Source: an uncultured Fretibacterium sp.
GTDB taxonomy: Bacteria > Synergistota > Synergistia > Synergistales > Aminobacteriaceae
Direction of reading: 5' to 3'
Assembly: GCF_938040765.1 (NCBI RefSeq)
Contig: NZ_CALIAA010000088.1
Location: 1-35,508 of the forward strand
DNA length: 35,508 nucleotides
Shown: positions 1 through 8,325 of the stretch, in pieces
How the letters are laid out: each line of letters starts with the position of its first letter
Numbering within the stretch: the stretch's first letter is position 1
The notes under the pieces: model-generated
Told to the model about the DNA's origin: nothing
What the model saw: the letters and a program-made list of their open reading frames with translations, nothing else
The model's database searches: none
Program-made: the position numbers and the translations under genes

Positions 1-1
1 C

Positions 2-991
2 TCGCCGCCGCCCACCCGAGGGGACGAGGGCCACCCGCGTCGGAGCGACGGAGACGCGGACCAAACGGGCTCCTTCGTCCTCGGCCGCTTTTTCGACCTC
101 GACCGCGAGCACGCAGCTGCGTTCCCGGGGCAGCGTCCTCTGAAAGGACACGAAGTTCCCCAGGGACCATGCGACGAGCCGGGCATCGGTACCATGCACC
201 GAGGAGGCGAGGCTGACCTCCATCGGCTGCAGGACATGAGGGTGGGTCCCGATGACCAGATGGGCCCCCTCCGCCAACGCCGTCTCGGCAGCCCTCCTCT
301 GATGGGCCGACGGGACGAAATGATACTCCTCCCCCCAGTGGAAACAGGCCGCGATGATGTCGGGGCTCAGGGTCCGCGCCCGTGCGAGCCCCTCGGATAT
401 CGCCGAGTCCGAGATCACGTTGAGGTGGACGTCGCTCGAGGAAAGAAGCCGGTTGCTCCCGTAGGAGTAGTTGACGAAGGCCCATCTCAGCCCCCCATGT
501 TCCACCAGAAGCGCGTCGTTTTTGGGAACGTCGTCCAGCCCCAGCCCCGTCCACAGGATGCCCGCCCGGTTCAGGACCTCGACGGTCCGGCGCGCGCCTC
601 CCGCTCCACGATCCAGGATATGGTTGTTCGCCAGGGTGACGACGTGGACCCCCAGACCGACCAGCGCGTCCGCAAGCGAGTCCGGGGTGTTGAACAAGGG
701 ATATCCGGCATACCCCCTTTCGGGGCCGGCGAACGTCGTCTCCAGGTTCCCGACGATCAGGGCATCGCCCCAAAAGAGCGGCTGTACCCTCCGGAACTGC
801 GGGGCGAAGTCCCACTCCACGGCGCCGTTTCTCCTCGTCGCCGCAGCGTCCAGCTGCTGATCGTGGGCCATGATGTCCCCGATGAAAAACGCCCGCGCCC
901 GCAGGGGCAGGGCCAGTGCGGGCATCGGGGTGAACGAAGCGAGCGAAGCAAGGATCACGAGAGAAATGGCGAGAAAAAAAGTCCGCCTCAC
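2..991 (-). CDS. CapA/PGA_cap family (metallophosphoesterase-fold) exported protein; 3' end runs off the window edge
   Basis: Missing from the ORF track because no stop is in the window; translated by hand. GTG at 991 with AGGAGG at 1001-1006 (minus). Signal-like N-terminus MRRTFFLAISLVILASLASFTPMPALA. Family motifs GDIMAH, GNLETT, LANNHILD, FHWGEEY, GTHPHVLQP, SLGNF. Confidence 0.9.
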   Translation of the reverse strand, partial: MRRTFFLAISLVILASLASFTPMPALALPLRARAFFIGDIMAHDQQLDAAATRRNGAVEWDFAPQFRRVQPLFWGDALIVGNLETTFAGPERGYAGYPLFNTPDSLADALVGLGVHVVTLANNHILDRGAGGARRTVEVLNRAGILWTGLGLDDVPKNDALLVEHGGLRWAFVNYSYGSNRLLSSSDVHLNVISDSAISEGLARARTLSPDIIAACFHWGEEYHFVPSAHQRRAAETALAEGAHLVIGTHPHVLQPMEVSLASSVHGTDARLVAWSLGNFVSFQRTLPRERSCVLAVEVEKAAEDEGARLVRVSVAPTRVALVPSGGRRR

Positions 992-1071
992 GATCGGTCC
1001 CCTCCTCAGTCTTTCGGCTCAATCCTCCAGTTCGATCCTCCGGCTCGTGCCGTCGAGCTCTTACGGCGGGA

Positions 1072-2277
1072 CTATCCGTCGATGTACGAGTCGAAGTAAC
1101 CCGATATGTGAATGACGGGGGTGCCCCTGTCCCCGCTCCCGGAGACGAGGTCGCACAGGGAGCCCAGAAGATCCGTATAGCGCCTCGGGGTGGTCCCGAG
1201 GGCGTTTTTCTCCTCCGCCAGCCCCGACTCCCTTCCGTTTGCGGCGGGCTTCGAGCGGATGGCGGTGCGAACGGCCTCCTCCGCGTCCCCCTGGGCGTTG
1301 TCCGCGATCATCTTGAACTTGATCTCGGAGGGGGTGCCCTTCAGGCCGTCCGTGTATCCCGGAGAGACGACGGGGTCGGCCAGCTCCCAGATCCCGCAGA
1401 CGGGGTCCTTGAAGGCGCCGTCCCCGTAGACCAGGACCTCGACCCTGCGCCCGGTGAGGCGAAGGATCTCCTGCTGGAGGCTGCGCGCGAAGGGTCCCGC
1501 ATCGCGAGGGAAAAGCTTGACGGTCCCCTCCTGAGAGTAGTTGGACCCCAGAAGCCCGAACTCGGGATTGTATCCGCCCCCATTGGAGCGCGGTTCCGTG
1601 CAGATCTGATCCAGGGTCCAGACCGAAGCTCCCCTTTCCCGCAGAAGGCCGGCATAGAGGACTCGATTGTGGATGTTCGCCATCACGACCCGGGAGGTGA
1701 CGTCCAGGATGCGCAGCGGGTTGTTCGTGAAGTGGATTTCTATCCTTCCCGGGGCCAGGTCCTTGTAGAGCTCCACGTAGTCCACCCCCGTGAAGGGATG
1801 CCTGTAGCGCCCGAACCGCGCGTCGTACTCCGCCGTGCCGAAGCACTCCGGCATTCCCGAGGAACGTTTGAGGTACTCGGCGGGGTCGATCAGGTGGTTG
1901 CCCACCTCGTCCGCGGGGAAGGAGAGGAAGAGATGCACCTTTCCCCGGATGCCCCGGACGATTCCGTCGAGCAGGGACATGAACCGGTTGCGGCTGAGGA
2001 TGGGAAAGGCGACCGCCGCATCCCCCTCCGGGATCTTGTCGCGAACGTCCGCGGCGATCTCCTCCAGAGTGACGATATTGCCCTGCGCCCTCGCCACGAG
2101 GGACTCCGTGACCCCCACCACGTCGCGGTCCCTGATGGTAAAGGGCGCGTAGCCCGATACCGCGGCCTCGACGAGGTGTTCCGCTGCCATCTTCACCAGG
2201 TCGTCGCCCCTGCGGATCACGGGCATACGAATTCCATGCACCTCAACGCCAACCTTACGAAGCACTGCCTCTCCCAT
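1072..2277 (-). CDS. Coenzyme F420-0:L-glutamate ligase (CofE)-like gamma-glutamyl ligase family protein
   Basis: 401 aa. N-terminal GIRMPVIRRGDDL...DVVGVTESLVARAQG and C-terminal VYGDGAF, GTTPR, DLVSGSGDRGTPVIHI match the long bacterial CofE-like family. GGAGG SD at 2290-2294. Confidence 0.8.
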   Translation of the reverse strand: MGEAVLRKVGVEVHGIRMPVIRRGDDLVKMAAEHLVEAAVSGYAPFTIRDRDVVGVTESLVARAQGNIVTLEEIAADVRDKIPEGDAAVAFPILSRNRFMSLLDGIVRGIRGKVHLFLSFPADEVGNHLIDPAEYLKRSSGMPECFGTAEYDARFGRYRHPFTGVDYVELYKDLAPGRIEIHFTNNPLRILDVTSRVVMANIHNRVLYAGLLRERGASVWTLDQICTEPRSNGGGYNPEFGLLGSNYSQEGTVKLFPRDAGPFARSLQQEILRLTGRRVEVLVYGDGAFKDPVCGIWELADPVVSPGYTDGLKGTPSEIKFKMIADNAQGDAEEAVRTAIRSKPAANGRESGLAEEKNALGTTPRRYTDLLGSLCDLVSGSGDRGTPVIHISGYFDSYIDG

Positions 2278-2305
2278 AATGATCCGTTACCTCCATAAAA
2301 ACTTC

Positions 2306-2335
2306 AGTATGAGCCCTGCTCTGTCGATTTTACAA
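2306..2335 (-). promoter_or_regulatory. Putative sigma70 promoter for the CofE-like/CapA genes
   Basis: Minus strand TTGTAA-18 nt-CATACT in the AT-rich divergent spacer. A plus-strand TACAAT at 2347-2352 may serve the divergent gene. Confidence 0.4.
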
Positions 2336-2507
2336 CAAAAAAAGTATACAATACGAAGGAAATTTTATCCCGATCCGCCCCGTTTATCAAAAAGATGAAA
2401 TGCGCCGGCGGGAGAAGGCAACACGCGGATGCTTCCAAAGGCGTACCACGCGCCGCCTCGGATGCCAACGTCGAGCGGGCGTCATACTGGCCGGAGGTGA
2501 ACAGCTC

Positions 2508-3869
2508 GTGAACAACCTGTACGAACAGATGGATTTTGTCTTGTCTGGAGGAGCGCTGAAATCGCTTACAGACTTTCTTGCCCTCAGGGTCCCGTCCGCC
2601 CTCATCCTGGTTCCCCGAGGGGCGGACCTCCATATCCTCGACGCTGTGGGAGTGAACCCGACGCAGCTCATTCTGCCGGGCGAGGGCCTTCGCCTGGGTT
2701 CCCTCTTCTCGAGCCGCCCCGCCGTGTCCCCCTGCGAGCTGGAACAGGCTCGGACGGAGAAGGAAGAATGGCCGTGGGTTCTGCGCATGCGCGGGCCCCA
2801 CTGGGAGGTCTATGTCCTGCTGAGGGAAAAGGCCGACGAGTCCCTGCTGGACGAACTGAAGCCCTACGCCGGCATGGTTCGGCTCTGGCAGCAGTTTCAG
2901 AGGGTCGACGCCAACGAGGGCAAGCTCTCCCGCCTCTCCTACATGATCCTGGCAACGAAGAGCACCCTGGCCTCCATATTCGAGCCCATGCCCCTCGAAT
3001 ACTTCGCCTCGTTCGTCGCGGACGTCCTTCGCGAGAGCCTGTTCCCGAGGTCCGTCTCCATCCTGAAGGACGAAGGCGGCCATCTGAAGCTCCTGGCCGG
3101 AAAAATGGACGTCCTTCCGCCGCGCGAGGGCATCTACGCGCAGGCCATCCTTCCCTCCGCGCCGGTCCTGGACCAGGGTTCCGCCCCCTATCGGGCCGTG
3201 CTTCCCATCGCCGAGGCGGAGACGCGGCTCTTCTGCGTCCTGGAATGGGAGGACCTCCCGGACGGCGAGATGCTTCATTTCCTCGAGCTCCTGGGAAATC
3301 TCGCCTCCCGCGCCCTCGCCATCAACAGCCTCCGTTCGAAGAACACGCTGGCGGCGTCTCAGGCCTCCTCGGGGGACTTCACGATCCTCTCCCTCTCCAG
3401 CGTCCTGAAAGCCCTGAGGGACGAGGGGGACCGCAGCCGTTTCCTGGCCCTCGCCGCGGATGTGTTCCTGGAGATGGGGCAGATGTCGGAATGCCTTTTG
3501 TCCGTGTGGGACGGGGAACACGGGGGCTACGCCCTGGCGGAGCATCGCTCCGGAGGCGTCAGGGATTGCTCGGAGCATCCCGTCCTGCGCGCTTCCCGGC
3601 GATGCGAGGTCTCCCGCAGCCTGCAGCCGCTCTACGACCTGAAGCATACCCCGGCCGCAGAGCTCCTCGGTTCCTGGGGGCTGGACGCCGCTTCGTGGAA
3701 GGAGCTCGAGCACATGCAGTATCTGGTCCCGATCCACGACGGAAAGAGCGTCGAGGGGTTCGTCGCCCTCGCCTCGGACTCCGGCGTCGCGCCCGGCGAA
3801 CCCCAGCGGGAGGCCCTGAGCATCGCGGCCCAGTTCACGGGCTACGAAATTCGGAAGTTCAAAAGCTAG
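2508..3869 (+). CDS. Hypothetical protein with tandem degenerate GAF-like segments and no evident output domain
   Basis: Within ORF 2400-3869. GTG 2508 follows GGAGGT. GAF-type closing helices: EMLHFLELLGNLASRALAINSLR and YLVPIHDGKSVEGFVAL...QREALSIAAQFTGYEI. Confidence 0.7.
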   Translation: MNNLYEQMDFVLSGGALKSLTDFLALRVPSALILVPRGADLHILDAVGVNPTQLILPGEGLRLGSLFSSRPAVSPCELEQARTEKEEWPWVLRMRGPHWEVYVLLREKADESLLDELKPYAGMVRLWQQFQRVDANEGKLSRLSYMILATKSTLASIFEPMPLEYFASFVADVLRESLFPRSVSILKDEGGHLKLLAGKMDVLPPREGIYAQAILPSAPVLDQGSAPYRAVLPIAEAETRLFCVLEWEDLPDGEMLHFLELLGNLASRALAINSLRSKNTLAASQASSGDFTILSLSSVLKALRDEGDRSRFLALAADVFLEMGQMSECLLSVWDGEHGGYALAEHRSGGVRDCSEHPVLRASRRCEVSRSLQPLYDLKHTPAAELLGSWGLDAASWKELEHMQYLVPIHDGKSVEGFVALASDSGVAPGEPQREALSIAAQFTGYEIRKFKS

Positions 3870-3871
3870 GG

Positions 3872-3911
3872 AAAAAACACGGGGCGCCCCTCGGAGGCGC
3901 CCCGCACTTTT
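3872..3911. terminator. Bidirectional intrinsic terminator
   Basis: CGGGGCGCC (3880-3888) / GGCGCCCCG (3896-3904) stem, with A6 before and T4 after, between convergent genes. Confidence 0.8.
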
Positions 3912-3930
3912 AGAACGGGCTTTCGGATCC

Positions 3931-5238
3931 TTATCGGGAGGTGCTGCCGATCTCCCTTCCCGACGTCAGAACCCCCTTCACGCTTCCGGACGCCATGCAC
4001 TTCTCCAGTCTTCCGGAGACCATCTCCCCGACCAGGCCCCCGACCGATTTGCCTCCCTCGACGTAGCCCAGTGTCTCGCAGCGATCCGCGATTCCCCTCT
4101 CCATCCGGCCCGCGAAGCCGCCCACACCCGCGGTTCCGCTGACAGTGGCCTCCACGATGCAGCGCCGTGCCAGGCCGTTGACCCAGAGCCCCGCCACCCC
4201 GCCCGTCCGCTCCCATCCCAGGACGGAGCCGGAGACGGTGTTGTCGGTCAGGGTCCCGGACTCCACCCAGCCCACAAGCCCGCCCGTATTCTCCTTGCCC
4301 TCGACCATCCCGTCGAAGAGGGACCGGCGGATGATGACGGAATCGGAAGCGAAGCCAATCAGGCCGCCAACCGTCTTGCGGCCCTGTACTCCCAGCTCAC
4401 GGGTCCTCACCTCGCTCAGCTCTCCCTGACGGACGTTGCCCGCCAGGCCGCCGACGTTATCCTGGCCCGAAATTTCCCCGCGGACCTCGGCTCGGGCGAG
4501 AACGGTGCCGAACATGGATCCGATCAGTCCCCCGGCACTCGATGCGCGGCCCTTGATCGTCCCCGAGAAGGAAAGTCCGGACATCCGGCTCTCGGAGGCC
4601 TTCCCGATCATCCCTCCCACGTTCTCCGTGCCCAGCACGCTGCCGGATACGGAACAGTTCTTCAGCTCGGAGCGTACGGCAAGCCCCGCCAGAATGCCGA
4701 CATTGGAGCCGCCCGATACGGAGGCGTCCTCAATGGTAAGCCTCACGACGGTCGCCCCCTCCAATACCCCGAAGAGTCCCGCCATGCCCGCGGCCGGAGC
4801 CTCGATGTTGAGCCCACGCACGACATGGCCGTTCCCGTCGAAGACGCCCTTGAACGGGCGGCTTCCGCGCTCCCGGTAAAAACCGATGGGATTCCAGCGC
4901 CTGCCGCTCAAATCGAGGTCGGCCATCAGGCGAATCCTCTGACCGGAATAGGAATTGCCCTGATTGACGGATTGGGCCAGGGCCTCCATCTGGGCCGCCG
5001 TGCGGACGATCCAGGGACTCTTGACCGATCCGTTTCCCGAAGCGAAGATTCTGCCGCTCTTTCTTCGAGAACCTCTCCTCCTGAGCGAGGCCTTACGGAC
5101 GGACCCGCGGCTCTTTACTCCGGACTTCTTGGAGACCACCTCGACGTCTCCAGCCTTTGCGGGTGACGTCCAGAAAGCCGAGATCCCCAGGAAAAACGAA
5201 AGGCCCAGCACCAAAACAAAAAATCTCCCCATCCGCAT
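3931..5238 (-). CDS. Secreted GLUG-motif repeat (beta-helix) protein
   Basis: Signal peptide MRMGRFFVLVLGLSFFLGISAFWTSPAKA (start 5238 or 5232). Cap motif GNGSVKSPWIV...LMADLDLSG.WNPIG..FKGVFDGNGHVVRGL, then about nine (V/T)GG(L/M/F)xG repeats at about 28-aa spacing. Confidence 0.85.
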   Translation of the reverse strand: MRMGRFFVLVLGLSFFLGISAFWTSPAKAGDVEVVSKKSGVKSRGSVRKASLRRRGSRRKSGRIFASGNGSVKSPWIVRTAAQMEALAQSVNQGNSYSGQRIRLMADLDLSGRRWNPIGFYRERGSRPFKGVFDGNGHVVRGLNIEAPAAGMAGLFGVLEGATVVRLTIEDASVSGGSNVGILAGLAVRSELKNCSVSGSVLGTENVGGMIGKASESRMSGLSFSGTIKGRASSAGGLIGSMFGTVLARAEVRGEISGQDNVGGLAGNVRQGELSEVRTRELGVQGRKTVGGLIGFASDSVIIRRSLFDGMVEGKENTGGLVGWVESGTLTDNTVSGSVLGWERTGGVAGLWVNGLARRCIVEATVSGTAGVGGFAGRMERGIADRCETLGYVEGGKSVGGLVGEMVSGRLEKCMASGSVKGVLTSGREIGSTSR

Positions 5239-5536
5239 CGCACAAAATCTCTTGAGCTCCGTAAACAATTTTCGACATCCTTTCCCGAAAATATCCCTCG
5301 TCTGCAGGAGAAATCCGCTCTTCAAAACGTTTGCACAGCCATGGCACCCCACTCAGACGAAGCTCCCCGGAGTCTTCCAGGCACTTTCTTTATTCTATCT
5401 TATTCCTCCCAAAATACGGAACAAAAACTCATTCATTTTACGTTTTTATCTCAACAGATGATGTTGTCATCCCGACAGGATGGTCCGGAACGGGAAATAC
5501 CACCCCTAATCCCGCCCCGATCCAGCCTCCCAAGGC

Positions 5537-5565
5537 TTGACATGGCATTCCTTTCCAATCACAAT
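5537..5565 (+). promoter_or_regulatory. sigma70-type promoter of the zinc-ribbon/SPFH operon
   Basis: Perfect TTGACA (5537-5542), 17-nt spacer, CACAAT (5560-5565). SD GGAGGAAAGGA lies before ATG 5637. Confidence 0.7.
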
Positions 5566-5636
5566 GAGGTCAGGGAAGAACGTCGGGGACGCACCTCCCC
5601 AAATCCGGTCGGCTTAATGGAGGAAAGGATTCGAAC

Positions 5637-6224
5637 ATGAACTGCAGACACTGCGGCGCGGCCCTGCCCATCGGGGCCGAACGATGCGAGTATTGCGGTG
5701 CGGCCACGCCGCACGCGGCGGACAATCTCGAGACGATCCTGAGGGAAAAGAAAAGGAAAGGGCTTCTCTCCATGAAGCGGGTGTCGGGGGGAATGCTCTT
5801 CTTCCTTTATTTTTTCACCGTCGGCGTCTACGGCAGCGTGTGGCATGTCCTCAGGAACAAATCCCTGAACCGCCTCGCCCCGAATATCCAGATTCCCCTC
5901 TGGGCGGCCTGCCTGCAGCTCGCCCTTCACCTGGGTTGGATTCTGATCCCCCAGAGCTCCGTCGGCCAGGCCCTGGGGCTCTCGGAGGAGAATGTTCAGG
6001 ACTGTTTCAACCTTCTGAGCCTGGCGGCTTTCATCCTTTCCATCTGGCTGTCCTTCAAGGCTCGCAGCATCCTTCAGCTCTACGCCTCGCGCTACCTGGA
6101 GAAGAGCGTCGCCGTCCTGAGCATCGCCCCGTCGGGCCTGATGATCTTTCTTTTCGGTCCTCTTTATCTCCAGGGCCAGATCAACAGGATGATCGCCATG
6201 GAGCTGCTGAACCCCGACCTGTAG
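5637..6224 (+). CDS. Zinc-ribbon plus DUF4234-like membrane protein
   Basis: 195 aa. N-terminal CRHC-x10-CEYC. Hydrophobic helices with FFTVGVYGSVW...NKSLN and FLFGPLYLQGQINR, typical of DUF4234-type membrane domains. Confidence 0.75.
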   Translation: MNCRHCGAALPIGAERCEYCGAATPHAADNLETILREKKRKGLLSMKRVSGGMLFFLYFFTVGVYGSVWHVLRNKSLNRLAPNIQIPLWAACLQLALHLGWILIPQSSVGQALGLSEENVQDCFNLLSLAAFILSIWLSFKARSILQLYASRYLEKSVAVLSIAPSGLMIFLFGPLYLQGQINRMIAMELLNPDL

Positions 6225-6251
6225 ACCAGAGACAAAAAGGAGCGGATACAA

Positions 6252-7433
6252 ATGGCCTTGATGCAAATTGTAAGATGGGACTCCGGCCTGAACCCGGCGG
6301 ACATCTTCGCCTGGCGCTATGTGGACCCCAAGAATCCGGACAGGAGCGACGCCCTGGGCAACTGGACCCAGCTGGTTGTCCAGGAATCCCAGGAGGCCAT
6401 CCTCTTCCGGGACGGACAGGCGCTCGACCTCTTTGGGCCCGGGCGCTACGTCCTCTCCACGGACAACATCCCGCTGCTGAGGCGCCTGATCAACCTGCCC
6501 ACCGGCGGCGAGACCCCCTTCAAGGCCCACGTCTGGTTCGTCAACAAGCTCAACATCCTGGACGTCAAATGGGGCACGCTCTCTCCCCTGCTCCTGCGCG
6601 ATCCCGAATATCAGATCCCCATCCCCGTTCGAGCCTATGGACAGTTCGGCGTCCGCATCCGCGACAGCCGCAAGTTTCTGCTCAAACTGGTCGGGACCCG
6701 CACGCGGCTGACCCGGGACGAGCTCGTCGATTCCTTCCGGGGGCTGCTGCTCAGCCGCATCGGCGACATGGTCGCGAGCTACATCACGCTGCGGAAAATC
6801 AACATCTTCGACATCAGCGCCTACCTCAAGGACATGTCGGACGAGGCCGCGGAGGAGGTGCGCCCCGTATTCGAGGAGTACGGCATCGAGCCCGCGAACT
6901 TCTTCTTCGGGTCCATCAACGTGCCCGAGGACGACGAGGCCGTCCAGGACCTGAAAAAGGCGATGAGCGAGCGGGCGCGCATGAACGTCATGGGCTACAA
7001 CTACCAGCAGAGGCGCTCCTTCGACGCCATGGAGGGGATGGCTCAGGCCTCGGGCTCCGGCGAGGGCGGAGGGGGAAATCCCCTGCTTGGGGCCGGCATG
7101 GGGCTCGGCGCGGGCCTGGGCATGGGGGGAGCCTTCGGGCAGATGGCCTCCCAGATGGGGCAATTCCTCAACACGTCCCCAACCGGCGCATCGCGTGCCT
7201 GCCCCAAGTGCGGCAAGGCCTGCGGCGAGGGACGCTTTTGTCCCTCGTGCGGCGCATCCCTTGCCCCCGGCTGCCCTCATTGCGGTGCGGAAATAGCCGC
7301 CGATGCTCGTTTCTGCTCCAAGTGCGGCAAGCCAATCTCGAGGGTGTGCGAGTGCGGCGCGGCGCTTGCCCCCGATGCGGCCTTCTGCTCCCGGTGCGGC
7401 AGGAGCACGGAGGGCGAAGCCTCTCAAAACTGA
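6252..7433 (+). CDS. SPFH/band-7 (YdjI, 'virion core protein'-like) protein with C-terminal zinc ribbons
   Basis: 393 aa. TQLVVQESQEAILFRDG, FGPGRYVLSTDNIP, VWFVNK, KWGT, VRAYGQFGVRI. Gly/Met linker GAGMGLGAGLGMG. Cys pairs CPKC/CPSC, CPHC/CSKC, CEC/CSRC. Confidence 0.9.
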   Translation: MALMQIVRWDSGLNPADIFAWRYVDPKNPDRSDALGNWTQLVVQESQEAILFRDGQALDLFGPGRYVLSTDNIPLLRRLINLPTGGETPFKAHVWFVNKLNILDVKWGTLSPLLLRDPEYQIPIPVRAYGQFGVRIRDSRKFLLKLVGTRTRLTRDELVDSFRGLLLSRIGDMVASYITLRKINIFDISAYLKDMSDEAAEEVRPVFEEYGIEPANFFFGSINVPEDDEAVQDLKKAMSERARMNVMGYNYQQRRSFDAMEGMAQASGSGEGGGGNPLLGAGMGLGAGLGMGGAFGQMASQMGQFLNTSPTGASRACPKCGKACGEGRFCPSCGASLAPGCPHCGAEIAADARFCSKCGKPISRVCECGAALAPDAAFCSRCGRSTEGEASQN

Positions 7434-7464
7434 CGAAAGCACGTGACGGAAAGGGGAAAACAAC

Positions 7465-8214
7465 ATGAGCAAGGCAACCAACAAGGTTCGGCATATCTTC
7501 AATCTCTTTCTTCTGCTGTTTCTGGTCGCGGTGGTGGCGGGGGTTTGCGTCTGGTTCCTGACGACCCCCGAGGCACGGGGGACCACCTTCTGGATGTCCA
7601 TGGGGTTCCTGGCCTTCGCAGCCCTGTTGGGCACCCTCTTCGCCTCCCGGATCGTGCTCCGAAGCAACGCGGGCAGGGAGATTCCCCACGGATTCTCCCA
7701 CATTTACCTGCTCGCCCTCTATTTCATCTTCGTCATCGCCATGGCCTTGGTGAACGCCCGTATCGCGTTTTCCGTCACCACCTATTTCCTGATTCACATC
7801 GTCGGCCTGGCCGTCTTCCTCATTCCGCTCCTCCTCACCAACATGGCCATGCTGAAGCTGAGCGGGGCGGATCGGGAGGAACAGCGGCAGGGACGCCAAA
7901 ATCTGGCGGCGGCGGCCATGCGCGTGAGGAACATGGCCGAGGACCTGAAAGGCATTGTCGCCGGCGATCGGGAGCGGATCGCTCCACTTCTCGCGCTGGC
8001 GGATTCCCTCCAGTACTCCGATCCCAGCGCCGCCCCCGGGGAGGCGGAGAACGCGCTGAAAGGCGCATTGGACGCCCTGGACGAGGAGGCCGGGATGATG
8101 ATGGCCTCGCCCGATACCGAGCGAGGCGATCGATGGGAAAAAGTTCTGAGGGCCTGCGTCAAGGCGGAGCGCGCGCTCGAGGCGCGAAACGCGGCGCTCC
8201 TGAACTCCCGATAG
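7465..8214 (+). CDS. Hypothetical membrane protein (4 TM plus C-terminal helical domain with YSDP motif)
   Basis: 249 aa. Four hydrophobic segments, then amphipathic helices LADSLQYSDP...LEARNAALL. SD AAGGGGA. Confidence 0.8.
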   Translation: MSKATNKVRHIFNLFLLLFLVAVVAGVCVWFLTTPEARGTTFWMSMGFLAFAALLGTLFASRIVLRSNAGREIPHGFSHIYLLALYFIFVIAMALVNARIAFSVTTYFLIHIVGLAVFLIPLLLTNMAMLKLSGADREEQRQGRQNLAAAAMRVRNMAEDLKGIVAGDRERIAPLLALADSLQYSDPSAAPGEAENALKGALDALDEEAGMMMASPDTERGDRWEKVLRACVKAERALEARNAALLNSR

Positions 8215-8266
8215 GGCTCCCTGGTTCTGGGCGCCAGCTCCTTTCTTTTCATCGCATCGCGTCATA

Positions 8267-8307
8267 AAAACAAGGGCTCCCGGCCTGCCGCCGGGAGCCC
8301 TTGTTTT
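8267..8307. terminator. Bidirectional intrinsic terminator
   Basis: AAAACAAGGGCTCCCGG / CCGGGAGCCCTTGTTTT perfect 17-bp inverted repeat between convergent genes. Confidence 0.9.
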
Positions 8308-8325
8308 CGTATGAGGCATAAAGTG

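Noticed and set aside
194..1099. 301-aa plus-strand ORF
   Set aside because: It is antisense to the CapA-family gene, which carries all the family motifs.
2353..2507. Possible c-di-GMP or other riboswitch in the long leader of the GAF-like gene
   Set aside because: Only weak imperfect hairpins are present and the class I GCAAA/GAAA-tetraloop pattern is not matched.
6252..7433. Prophage origin suggested by the 'virion core protein' family label
   Set aside because: The label is a legacy name for a cellular SPFH subfamily. No integrase, capsid, terminase or att-like repeats are nearby.
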